In this document: positions 52,230 to 64,000 of the stretch, in pieces | Layout: each line of letters begins with the position of its first letter | Position numbering within the stretch: position 1 is the first letter of the stretch | From: Blasia pusilla | Lineage: Eukaryota | DNA length: 64,000 nt | Reading direction: 5' to 3' | NCBI GenBank assembly: GCA_050084515.1 | Contig: CM114271.1 | Span: 27,652,001 to 27,716,000 of the forward strand | Position numbers and translations under genes: made by a program | Notes under the pieces: model-generated | Database searches by the model: none | Seen by the model: only the letters and a program-made list of their open reading frames with translations | What the model was told of the DNA's origin: nothing

Positions 52230-55200
52230 CTACCGTCTTCCTGAGCCTTTCACTTTGGTTGCTATAGGTTCTGACGCCTTTTCTAATCTGCACCCAACAC
52301 CGAATGATGTTCTATTAGCACATCAAATGTACAACTTCAAAGCAACAATATCACAGACGTATGATTTTCATTTGATGTTGCACATAAAATATACAACATC
52401 AAAACAACAATATCACGGCCCAGATCCTCTAAGTTAATAGTGTCAAGCTCATTACTTAGATTGAACAAGTATTGATACTACTGCCAGAAGGGGAGGGAAA
52501 TGGGAAGAAACAAATCAAGGAAAAAACTAACAGAAAGGCAAACATATGCTGTAAACTGTCCTTGAGTCAAAAGAAGCCTGGTCTAAGTAGTAAGAGTCGA
52601 ACTACCATCGGCTACCGTACATTGGTGTCATACTAACCTAACCTCTAATTCCGACTGCAAACTCCAAGAAAGCTTAAGCCTCTGGATCTACTTCTTTGCT
52701 TTCTTTCAAATGAAGACGGATAGCAAGCATAACAAAGTAAATTCCAAGAGGATTCTTACTTGTTCATCTCTTGTATTGCATTCATGATTTCAGCAGAGTT
52801 TGTCTCCACAACTTGGCCACCCATAATTATCTCATCTAAGATCGTGTGAACCTGCACAAAAATTCTTACAACTTTGAAGTTAAAGACTTCTGCATAACCT
52901 CTATTTGTCAAAATATGTTGAATACAAGGGATTGTGTTTGACTCTCTTTCAAAGCACCATAACTCCTTACATCTATACTCACCGAGGACATACTAGACAA
53001 CTTCAAAGCCGTTGTTCTTTTGACAAAAATTGAGAGATGTGATATGAATACAAACTGAATTCACAACTATAAGTAACTTGTATAGCTTCAATAGAGATCT
53101 CAGGTCTAGATTGTCAAATTGGATATGCTAAATGAGACACAGAGGCACAAGAGCAGTACCAAGAGTGAGCCATAAGGCAAGAGATGGCACCACAGTGCAG
53201 GGGAGAGCAATAGTGGAGCAAGCCAAGGTGATTTTGTTGTAGATTATAAATCTATGTTAATTTACTTAACTGGTATAAGAGATATTTCCCCAGAGCAGCC
53301 ATTCTCGAGGACTAGGTCTTAAGCTAGGGTTTCTTTGAAACTTTGTTCCGATGTTCATTGAACATTAGGAATTCTCTTGATGTAGTGGTGTTACTGCAGT
53401 ATACCAGCCAACTTGCTGGTCGAGTTTGGGAGCTGTGGGAGAACCTAATTTCCATGAATGATTAGAGAATCAAGTGACCATCCCAAAGAGAAGAAACCGG
53501 GAAACTAGGATGTGAAACCCTGCATCATCGCTGAGAGTATTCCACTGCAAGCATGTCACAATGAGGCACTCCGATAAACCTGGAACTTAGATTCTACAAT
53601 AAGAGGAGGACAAGTCTGCTCATAAGATAACATGAATTATACACAAGAGACCAAGAAAAACCACAAAAGTGACTTGAGAAACATGAAGGACATAATGATA
53701 TATGCTTGCACAAAATAGAAAATTCATTCATATTTATGACGCCATGATACAAGCGCTGATCTGCCAGGACCCATAGGTACATACTGAAACAGAATGCTTT
53801 AATCCTCACTGAAAGTACATCTCTCTAGAAGTCATGCGGCCTTTCCCAATGAGCGAGAGTCGATCAGGGAATACATTAATATGCCCATAAGCATCTTCGC
53901 CTGGAGGACACTCCAATATGGCTTCCAGCACTACATGGTGGATACCATACGAGTCTAAGGTATAGCCTCCTGTATGTGCATGGCCAGCTAGGCATGCCAA
54001 CACGCAAGAATATTTGTGCAGTACCTCCAACACCTCATCAAAATTCCAACAGAGTGACGAAGGACAGCACGCATCTGGATGCAGAGGCAGATGGGAACAT
54101 ATGATTACTTTCTCATTTGAAGCAGTTGCTTTCTGTAGAATACCCTCTAGCCAGCTTAGCTGTTGCTTTGCCAGCCCTCCACCAAACATTACGTACCTAC
54201 CCATAAGCCCATCTAGTCCAACTGGACTATTCTTGTCAGCATTTGGGTTTATTGTGTTGAGAATCTTGGCAGCCATCTGCGCATGTAGATGGTCTTTGGA
54301 CCAACCCAGCACACTAACATCATATGTATCCAAAACTACGAATCGAAATCCAGTACCATGACTAAATTCATAGTATGAACGATCATCAACAGAAGGTGGT
54401 ATGTTCAGGACCCTGTTCAGCTGTGTCCTAGAGAGATTGTAAAGGCAGTGATTTCCTATGATATGGTAGACAGGCCCACCATGAAATGCATTGAAATTTT
54501 TCAACACCTTCAGAATAGCTTCCAGAGACTCATCTTTGGGGCACTTCCCATCCACAATGTCACCTAAATGAATAGCAAAAGACACGCTTTTGTTATTATT
54601 CCAGCTGATTACAGCCCTTTTTTGGGCCTCAATAGCGTGCCTGTAGAAACGAGGCGTGCCTTGAAAAGAGTGACCATCATGAATATCGGCATATTGAACA
54701 TCCGTAATCACTCCAAATGAGAAAAGAGGGACTACGACATCCAAGTGGCACTCCTTGGTTGTGGATAGTATGTTATCCTTTGAGGTTGGATTGGCCATCT
54801 TTGGATGGGTTTTCCCCAGATCTTTGCAGAATTTCTACTGTACTCTTCCCTTCAGTCAACTTGGCTTCCTAAAATGCCAGATCCTCCTTGTTCATCATGA
54901 ACACTTTTGCTGAACGATTATCAACTCCCAAGTCAGCTCCCACAGAATTTGTAATATATGAGAATTCTTTTCCATGCAAGGCCACTGTGCCTCTCACATA
55001 GGAATACCCTTGATGACCAAATAACACTCCTGCCATCTCACGCTGTGAATAATGAGCTTGAGGACAACGTGTATGGACAATTTCACCCTTAAAAGCTGAA
55101 TACTACATGAAGGGATGAAGCCTAGCTTGGAACATCACATTCCCATACAAGCAGCTCATTTCTCTGATCTACACCTGCCTTTGTCCCTTCACTGTGAGAC

Positions 55201-58128
55201 TCACAGTGTAAGATTTCTTTCAATCACTGGACGGATGGGGTTTAAGATGTTGACTGCTGAAATGGTACCTTTTACTATTTTTTACATTGGCTAAGCCTGC
55301 AAACTGGGAGGGTGAATGTTGAATCACATACATACTGGGTCATATGATTCAACTCATGCAACTTTCACACCTTTCTGTTTTAGGGATCTAAAACAGAAAG
55401 GTGCCACGACTCACTGAGATGGAACTCTAGCATGAGTCAGACGGCTTCTTTAACCTACCACATCTCCTAGAACCTCGAGAAAAGCTGGAAAAAACATGAA
55501 TATGCAAGCACCTTGTTGAAGTTGTATACAATATTCAGTTCACATACGTTCTTGAAATTTTTATCCAGCACTTCCACAAACACTGTCACAGAAGCACCAA
55601 GAGTAAGGGCATTGACATACCTTTTTTGACTAAAAAGTGAAACTCTGGTCAAGAGGAAATCAGGCTTACAAAGCAAAAAGATTTCATTACTATATATGAT
55701 GAGATAATGAGTATGAAGTATTTCCAGATGTGACCTCCGAGTGTGATATAAGAAATGGCTAATAGTTGAATCCACAAAGCCATTGCGGTGAGATATTGAA
55801 GATAACATACCTTGGATAACGTCTAGTATTCCAAGCTCACTTTCAGCTTTGTCAATCACGAATACGAAATAGAGAGTTGAAAAAAGCTTGTAGACGAGTT
55901 TAGTGTCCTGCTATAAAGAAGTCACAGGCTGAAACAGGTCAGGTCCTTGGTCTTCTCATTGCACCATGGGTCTGTCAAACAATCCATAACATTGAGGCCA
56001 ATCATGGACATAGTATTCCTCCCTGAGATGAAGAGAAGCTCTCGGACACAGAAGGAATTTGAATCACCATAGAATTTCATACTATCTACCACATGGAATG
56101 ATCTTGTCATCAACACCCTGAAAATATGTCAAGTAGGCAGAAAGCACATCATGAGGGACATAGACACAAGGGAATATGATAAAAGGCCTGTCGGCATAAG
56201 AATGATGTACTCACAGGACCAAATATGTCATCTGCCTCAACAAAACCGCAGAAGTTGCCTCCTCTACTTGAAAGCACTGCACAATATTAAAAGCAAGCCA
56301 CATCATTCTTTTTTCCTCATTTCACGGAGGATGCTACAGTCCCAAAAGAGTGTTAGTTGCCTCCTCACAACCTAATTAGGGGGCAAGGCAAACACATGAA
56401 TATGGGCTGTGGAAGTGATATCGACACTTTTGAGTGGAAGGCTCACTAGTCTGTCAAGCAGAACCTTGGTCTCTGCTGATTTTTGCTTTCTTCAGCCTGA
56501 GATGCAACCCACTTTCTTGCAATATTGGGTTTCTGAAGAGGGTCCAAATCTCCAGAAGCACCATCTCGCATTTCGCATTTAGAGTTGATTCTCTCACCAG
56601 TTCATATTTATAAGCATGTCAAAGATCATGCGTTCCTACCTTGCCACCCCATTATGAACATAACTTGGAAGGATTTGGCAGTCTGCACGATGAGTTAAAT
56701 CTCAGGTAAGTGAATGTGCTGCGTATCCCTTAGGACTCGAGTGACTTAGACTGCCCATCAGAATGTTTAGAAAGCATAGGTTGTTGGTCATCTCTGTTTC
56801 ATTTACTACATGAAACACTGGACAGGTTCAATCCTCTTAGCCCCACTCACGACACGATGCCATCTGTTGAGGCACCCTGGAGTAGGAGATCTGAGCATTG
56901 GGAACCGCTCGACATATACGATTTACCATGAATATAGTGATGAATGTTCAGGAAGTTGTGAAGAATGACTGGATAACAGCAAGCAAAGTGCACCTCCAAA
57001 AGGTTTGTTGTTGACAAACCATCTCAAAAGTTACTAAATAGGAAGTGAATGCAAGGGAATAATCAGAGATCCAGCTCAAAGCTCTTGTGATGAGAAAAAA
57101 AAAGGGTGTCATTTGACTGTAGACATCAAGTCGTCCAAAGGGGCAGCGACGGATTCTCACTGAAGGAGAGAAGATTTGGCTCTACAAACATCTGTCAGAG
57201 CATGAGACAACTCGAGATATAGTTCTTTCCAGAACTGTTCTGACAACAGGTGTACTCGCTCTTCCAAACGAGCACCACGAAAACCAGCTAAGAATGCCGA
57301 GACAGATCTGATGATAATTCTGAAAAAGCTGTCAAAGTCGGTAGCGAAGTGGTCAAACCTGAAAAGACGTTACGGAATATGTCCTGCTGTTTCTCCACGG
57401 CCTTCCCTAACATGGAAGAGAATGTAACACTTCTCAGTAAGCTCAGTACAACATCGATGAAATCATGGTATATATTTCAATAAGACAGTACACACACCGG
57501 ACCAGTGACAACAACTTTGAGATCGGCCGACGTAGGACCTCCGTACACAATCTACAATGACAACACATTCAAATTCTCCCAGCACATCCACATACAAGTT
57601 TCCAACACCGATCTACCGAAAGTTCACATTTGGGCCCGGCAGTCGTCGTATTTCGATGGAATAGGACTCAGGATCTCACAAGACTCACGCATACTACGGT
57701 TTTCCCGGAAATTGACGACTACCGTACTCAGCAAGCACAGAACATCAATTCAATCATCACAGGCTATCTCTCTGGCGATCCCAGTCGATAACAAGGAACA
57801 TCTGACAGATAGATAGATTTAAAAGTGGCTCAAAGAATTTGGAGAGGTGACGTTTTCCACGCGTGCTCATCATCGGCACTGCATTCATCATTTTCCCGGC
57901 TATCCGAGGCACACACACAAACACTACTAATTCGAAGAATTTAGTGAGCCAAGGTTTTCATCACTACCACTGCTGAATTCATTTCACCTCGCCATCCAGG
58001 GCTGCCTCACACTCACTCTCCACGCAAAAACGGACGGACAGAAAGAAAGACAAACTTACAACCGGTTCGTAGAATTTGGTGAGGCGAAGTTTTCCCTCTG
58101 TGTTCATTATTAGCACGGCATTGATCAT
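52230..58128 (-). CDS. AP3S: Adaptor protein complex AP-3 sigma (small) subunit, 7 exons, about 163 aa
   Basis: Exons 58128-58060 (MINAVLIMNTEGKLRLTKFYEPV), 57401-57359, 56276-56215 (LSSRGGNFCGFVEAD), 55907-55811 (DTKLVYKLFSTLYFVFVIDKAESELGILDVIQ), 55582-55512 (VFVEVLDKNFKNVCELNIVYNFNK), 52851-52760 (VHTILDEIIMGGQVVETN), 52287-52230. All phases are consistent. Clathrin adaptor small-chain motifs of AP-3 type. Confidence 0.93.
53806..54798 (-). CDS. ADPRM: Manganese-dependent ADP-ribose/CDP-alcohol diphosphatase (metallophosphoesterase), intronless, nested in AP-3 sigma intron 5
   Basis: Intact 330-aa ORF with FGVITDVQYAD, HLGDIVDG, IIGNHCLYN, CSHLP and LAGHAH metal-binding motifs typical of ADPRibase-Mn. 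Confidence 0.93.
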   Translation of the reverse strand: MANPTSKDNILSTTKECHLDVVVPLFSFGVITDVQYADIHDGHSFQGTPRFYRHAIEAQKRAVISWNNNKSVSFAIHLGDIVDGKCPKDESLEAILKVLKNFNAFHGGPVYHIIGNHCLYNLSRTQLNRVLNIPPSVDDRSYYEFSHGTGFRFVVLDTYDVSVLGWSKDHLHAQMAAKILNTINPNADKNSPVGLDGLMGRYVMFGGGLAKQQLSWLEGILQKATASNEKVIICSHLPLHPDACCPSSLCWNFDEVLEVLHKYSCVLACLAGHAHTGGYTLDSYGIHHVVLEAILECPPGEDAYGHINVFPDRLSLIGKGRMTSREMYFQ

Positions 58129-58835
58129 TTTGCTGCTTGGATATTCACCAGTGAAGCCGCTCCTACGCAAATCCTACGACACTCGCCACCAACCACTCCT
58201 TTTTTCTTCTCGGAGATATCAAAGCCATCCTCGGCTGTATGCTGCCCTGCTCTTCACGCCATGCTCTTCTACAACACACTCCGCAAATCCAAATCCCGCG
58301 GCCTTCTTGAATCCCTGCACACCGACAGCTTCTCAATTCTCGGTTCGCTCATTCCTTCATTCTCAATAAACGCCGGAGCCTGTCGCCCTAAATCCACCAC
58401 CAGCACGCAGATTCACGGACTCACGGATTGCGCAGGTCGTGTGTGCACATTGGAAGGATCTCACACACTTTCCGTGAGTCCTTAAGGCTGTGGATGCGCA
58501 CCTTCTCATGGGCCACCGCATACACACGGATAGGGGAACAGCACCCAACAAATTAGGATAGAATTTTTTTTCCCATAAATAAGGAAAGCATAAGAAAACG
58601 CGGGCGATGGAAGCCGTCACTTTTTTTTTTCACCTTTTTACGGAAATTTTCTTTTCTTTTTTCAAATAAGGAGACTTCATTCATACCATGAACCAAAGTT
58701 TTGTATATGTGTAATAAGATTCGTGTGATTAATGTCAATGATATTTATGTTACTTTAATAGCTTGTGAGGGATCTTGGAACCTCTTATTAATTCAGTCCC
58801 AAAACTTCTTTTCCTATAACTCTTCCGGATGCGTC

Positions 58836-58875
58836 CCATTCTTTTCCCGTGGTGGCATACACGGGAAAAGAATGG
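58836..58875. repeat. Perfect 16-bp inverted repeat with 8-nt loop
   Basis: CCATTCTTTTCCCGTG-GTGGCATA-CACGGGAAAAGAATGG, followed by the palindrome ACACCTAGGTGT. Confidence 0.9.
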
Positions 58876-59199
58876 TATACACCTAGGTGTCCGTATATGA
58901 ATTACAAATTTGTATATAATATATGAACTACAAGTGTTTTCTTCCGGTCTGTCCGATTCTCCCCCCGCCCTGGTATAAAATTTTGGGTCCGTCCTATTCT
59001 CTTGGTATACAAAACTATTGGTGATTTGTATACAAATTACATGTTTTTTTTCTCGTTTCTCTCTCGCACCTCTCAAAGGACCGCAGGGTCGCATATTGGT
59101 CATATACAAAAGAGGGGAATTCAAAAAGTTGGGCCTTGAAAAAAGAATAGGGGCATCCCTCTTACTTGCTAAGCTCATGGAAAATATCACTAACACCTT

Positions 59200-60680
59200 G
59201 AAAGATATGATTACCATAAAGTGGGCTTCTAGTGTCGCCGCGAAAGCCCATTAGCTTGGGCATGTTGCAAAGCCTACAATAAAGAATTCTAAAGCTAAGC
59301 TTTTAGTGTCGATAGGAGATGATGAGCGCAATCTGTGAGGAACGAGTCAAACCTCACCCGATTAACCCCATACATGTCTACGGCTAGGGGGACAAATCAA
59401 TATCCATCATGAAGTCGACTTTATAGATGGGTCTTTTTCACACTCGTCGCCACTCCTTGTAGCAATCTCCCTTGTGCCACCAAGTAGGCTCGTACAACCT
59501 CTCCCATAGGATTTGTCACTACAACATCTGCCACAACCACCTCATCCTCTTGTGTCATGTAAAGATCAATACGAATAAGGGAATCCCACATGTTGTAGTG
59601 CCTCTCTCTCTACATATGGAAGCCACTCTCAAGAGCAATATTGAACATGATATCCCACACAACATTGTGAGTGACATTCTTCTTATCCCCAAATGGATTA
59701 AATGCACACCAAGAGGACCTAGACTGCAACGACACTCACATTATGTCGAATCAACCACCGATGGTTGGGGGAGGCCTAATCAGAACCGCATTGCTGTGGT
59801 ATAGGTAAGTGGTATGATATTGAAAGCTAGGATGAGGGGGCAAGCCCCCACCCATGAGCCTAGCCCCTTTCCGTAGCAAGAGCAAATATGAGCCCAAACC
59901 TCCATGGGAATATCCCCATCAAGCATAATGCCTCTAAAAACTGCCTTAAAGTGGGCTTTCGTCAAAGAAGGTTGGAGCCAAGATTATCCGGTGGTAACTA
60001 AGGAGGATAAAGTGGTGGAGATCGGATCTGGCCTCAACTAGAGGGGAATCTCTACATACTCTGTGGGAACTCTATATTGGGAAAAGTCCATCATCAATTT
60101 GGAACATGTATCGTAGAAGGAGTTGTCTATTCCTAGCCATAAATCTAGAGCAAAGAAGGGGTGTTGTAATAGCCCAACTCCCTAAAAAAGCGGAGGGCGC
60201 CACTAACTCAATCAAGAGAAGACCTACTATGTCAATTTGCCAAAGGCAATCGACCAAGAAGCATGTCCACGAGCTAACTCCCCCATGGGACACTCTAAGG
60301 AGCCAAATCCCAAAAGATCCCCAAACACCCATAGAATCTTTCTATCGAAGGATCTATAGTGGGTAGAAAGATGACAAGACATCCAAATACTTTTAGTGAG
60401 ATAACTAGGCCGATGGGCAAAACAAGAAGAGATAATGCCATAGGCGACTTGAGGGTTACCAATCCTTATGAGATCATTGACATTGAGCAAATCCTTGGTA
60501 AGAACTGTTGCCGTGAAACTCAAGACAAAGTCATGACTTCCAAGTGGAACTCCCAAGATGCAAAGCCCTTTGACATATGTCATGATTCATGAACCCGTCG
60601 GAAAAATGAAGATCATTTGGTAGGGTTGATGGAGACCAAGCCTTGCACTTTCCTATTGAAGACGGAATTATAGTCAAGGT
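59200..60680 (-). mobile_element. 5'-truncated, decayed non-LTR retrotransposon, CRE-like (RT thumb, zinc knuckle, probable RLE region)
   Basis: GLCILGVPLGSHDFV..GNPQVAYGIISSCFAHRPSYL, APSAFLGSWA, AHICSCYGKGLGSWVGACP..TAMRF*LGLP, CECRCSL..G.HL..THNVV. I recognise this motif series from CRE-clade elements; the clade call is from memory. Confidence 0.65.
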
Positions 60681-60699
60681 CATCGGACACCTAAACTAC

Positions 60700-62074
60700 T
60701 ACATTTGATACTCACACGAACTAGGAAGGCTTAATCTTGGTTAGTTAGTTAAACACGATTATCTTAATGTGCTAGGGTTAATAAACCATAGTCAGTATAA
60801 ATCGAGACTATGGTTAGGGTTTCTTGTACATACCTTATATAATTGAGAAGGGACAAGCCTCCACTCATTCTCTCATTCAAAATTTTTTTCTCCATGATGG
60901 CGTGTGTGTGTATGAAAGTCGTATCCCATCAATTATGCTTCTTTAGCAGTTTTCCATATTATATCAAAACAATATGAGAACATCAATTGAAATTCTTGGT
61001 GTTTGAGGAGAGAAGAGAGGTAAGAGAAGGCACAATTTCACTTTGGGGCAAGGAAATCTCAATAATAGCGGAGTGACACATGATTTAAATGGAGTTGTAA
61101 CGATGACTTTGGAGGCATTTTTTGGGGCTTTTACGGTTGTTCAACAATTTGGATCCGCATCATGCTAAAAAGTATCAAATTCTCATTCTAATAGTCTTTT
61201 AGAGCTTATTAATAACTTTCCAATGCATCCATAATCGTTCGATTCTAACATTCTAAGCTCATGCAATCACAATTTTAATGTAAGAAAGTGCAATTTGTGA
61301 AGGAAAGTTATACAGTTTGCTCTCTATAGGCCAATTTCAACTAGTTCTTCCATATAACTGATCAATTTTGGAAAATTTGGGATCAATTTCCGTGTAGGAG
61401 TGGTTTATGCTTTAGTTGGAGCAGTGAAGAGCTAAAAACTACATTTTATGAGTTAAATGGTTTTTTACAGATTATTCCTTAGTAGCAATCATAAGCGAAA
61501 ATCGAGACAAGTAAAATTACAATATTTGAAAGTTTTACATGAAGATATTGCTCATGGGTCAAGAACTATGGAAGCTTGTTATAGGTGATGATGCCAAACT
61601 AGAAGATAAATCAACAAACTTGAATATTCACGCTTGGACAAACGCGCAAGACAAGTAATCTACTATATTTCAATAATGATCAATTTTCCAATGATTGGTC
61701 ATATTCAAGATGTTGATATTCAGAAGAAGGCATGGGATACTTAGAATTTTTTTTTCGAAACATCTATAGAGATTAGAAAGCTTCAGTTGAACGAAGTAAG
61801 GAAAAAATCCCAAAGCATCAATGATTGTGTTTTGAATATCGGATATATTGTTGATTAGTTGAATAACATTGGAATGATTATAGAAGATGCTCATCTAATT
61901 TTGTTCACTCTTCAAGGCCTTCCCAAAGATTACAAATCTTTAAAGATCTCTATCTTTGTAAGAGAGAAGTATGTACCCTTTGAAGAATTAGTCCCATTGT
62001 TGATTAGTGAGGAGATACGCCTAGTCGGAAATAATAGCTCGCATAGTATGCAAGAGAATGCACTATTTGCAAGT
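60700..62074 (+). mobile_element. Decayed Copia 5' part (Gag/UBN2-like), interrupted at 62075
   Basis: LILFTLQGLPKDYKSLKISI..FEELVPLLISEE is Copia Gag-like. Possible decayed PBS near 60960. Left boundary uncertain. Confidence 0.55.
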
Positions 62075-64000
62075 TGTCATGACCATACGGATTATGTCGT
62101 AGAGTATAGTGTGCTAGTAGAGGCCATACCTTTTGTAGGGCCGTAGTGTCTAGGTAGAGATGCGGTTTCATACATAGGGTTGGGGGTTACTTAGTTGAGG
62201 ATGACTTTTCCAATAGGGCCTACTCTTAGGTTGGAGGATATAGTGTGGAGTGCATTCAAAGAACAGTTAGTTCTTTGAGTTGAGCTTGTTGCGTTGGGAG
62301 TTAGCCTTGGTAGTGAATAGAGCTCTTGGCTATGGTGGTTCCCGCAAGCTTCAACTTGGATTCTTCCATCATGGAGTGGGTTTGGATCGATTGTATGTGA
62401 TTCTATACGTGTTTTATGACAGTAGGTCTTTCACGGATTTCACTCAAAGAAGTGGAGTAGATCGATGGTAGCTTCGATCGTGGATCAGTAGGATCTGGTT
62501 AGGGCTGATTGTGTACTCAGCCGTGGATGTTTGTGGCTTGTGGCATATGTTGGAGGTGGGAATCTGGTGCGTGGTTGGCTTGGAAAGAAGCACCTTGCTG
62601 AGAGTTTTCCAACGCGCTTTAGATCGCCGGATTTCGTCAAGGGAGTTGGAAGTTATCAAGGATTGAAGATTCTGGTTCGTGTTTGACGGTTTTTTGATGT
62701 GGAGAGCTTGGAATGCGGAAGCTCTGTTAAAGTTCATCGAGATCGGGTGAGAGGTTCCTGTTGCTACGTGTGTTGTGATCTCATATGAAGCTATCTGCTT
62801 GAGTGTGTGGAGCGTTGCGGATTTGTGTGTGCATGAATCTGGGCGGAAGCGCTGTCGGATTTGCGATTTTGGAGGTGTATGGACAACAAGTTTGTCTGAT
62901 TTTTAGCTCGGAGTACAGGGCTCGGTTGTAGCTGATTTTTTGTGGAGAGATAGCTATGGTGGCCAATTGAATTAAATTTTGGTTGAGGATTTTTGGAGTA
63001 ATTGCTGATCGAAATTTCGTGGACTAGCTCAAGGTCTAGCTATGGTGGACAACACATTGGAGGGGCTGGTTGGTTGGTGATTCGTCCGTTGTTGGAGATG
63101 CCTATCTCGTTAGGGGCGCCCTGGTTGGGCCTCTCTCCATAGCAAAGCGTGGCATGTCTCGAGCATTTCTTGGCGTTTTGAGGCTTTGAGGCAACTCGAG
63201 GCAACTCATGGTAGCTCGGGGCGAGTGGGCGTGGGAGGTGGAGTAAGGAGCAAGGAGCAAGGAGCAAGCAAGCAAGCTTGCTGCTTGCTCCTTGCTTGGG
63301 TGCGAGTGCGACTAGCACGTCATCGACCAGCGGCGGAGTAGCTATTGCGTTAGAATTGTGTGGTGGGTTCTATGGATTCAGGGGGCGCCACGTTTGGTGG
63401 ATTGTGTTACCTTGATTTCCATTTGTGATTGGAGGGTTGTCGTTGGACTTCTTGTGTTTGGATCCCCTCCATCGTTGTTTCTTGCTTGCGCGCCCATTGT
63501 TAGAGTTGACGCTGATTTCCAGAGTAGTGTTACTCTTGTGTGCTACTGGTAGTGAGGTTGGAGTGATGACCAGTAGACCGTGGGAGGCTTCTTGTGGTGA
63601 TGACATGTTAGGTTACCTACACCCATAGCTAGTAGAGCTAGAATAGTACAGCGACATCGACGTCACTTGGTTACTTAGTGGTGGTGATTTGGTGGTGGTG
63701 CGGCATTGGCGTTGGTCATCACGGAGCTGTCTGGTGGTCTGGTTGGGGACCGTGGTGCGGACAGTGGTGGTTTTACACAGAATGGATTGAGGTATCGGCT
63801 ACCTTTTCCACTTCCGACGGTTGATGAAGAGGAGGACGAGGGTATTTCAAACACCGAGTCTTCTACGTTTTTATCGAGTGTTACAGCTCCATTGATTTGG
63901 GACATGGATGGGATATATGGGGCCATGAAGGGCCCACGACGATACTCGGGTGCAGTGAGCACCATTGGGTCAGAGGACTTCATTCATGAGTTTGATACGT
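62075..64000 (+). mobile_element. 5' end of a second Gypsy element related to the DNMT-bearing element (runs off the window)
   Basis: Putative LTR 62075-63605 with inverted termini TGTCATGACC..GGTGATGACA. At 63925-64000, MKGPRRYSGAVSTIGSEDFIHEFDT matches GMRRFSGAMGTIDLDDFIQEFDT at ~26720-26790. Confidence 0.75.

Noticed and set aside
54799-55512. In-frame AP3S-ADPRM fusion protein
   Set aside because: The best acceptor (54869) is out of frame. The only in-frame AG seen lies in a purine-rich context, and in-frame stops lie upstream of the ADPRM ATG.

Overview
Eukaryotic nuclear DNA from a land plant, probably a bryophyte or other non-seed plant (inferred from gene and transposon content, not proven). 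There are three intron-rich host genes: SAC3B/GANP (-), PDIL5/ERGIC-thioredoxin (+) and AP-3 sigma (-). An intronless Mn-dependent ADP-ribose/CDP-alcohol diphosphatase (ADPRM) ORF is nested on the same strand inside an AP-3 sigma intron. About 10.5-42 kb and 58.7-64 kb are nested, decayed transposons (CACTA, Copia, Gypsy, solo LTRs, Helitrons, a CRE-like LINE). The main finding is a ~9.8 kb Gypsy-type LTR retrotransposon (24896-34722). Its pol region carries a DNMT3-like cytosine-5 DNA methyltransferase domain between protease and RT, and the remnant of a PHD finger after the integrase. This copy is dead (stops, frameshifts, a solo LTR in methyltransferase motif X). A second element with a related Gag N-terminus begins at 62075 and runs off the window. 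Also seen: a reconstructable ~1.85 kb inversion splitting a solo LTR, a length-conserved 98-bp tandem array upstream of SAC3B, and several perfect hairpins. All calls come from manual translation and motif recognition; no searches were run.
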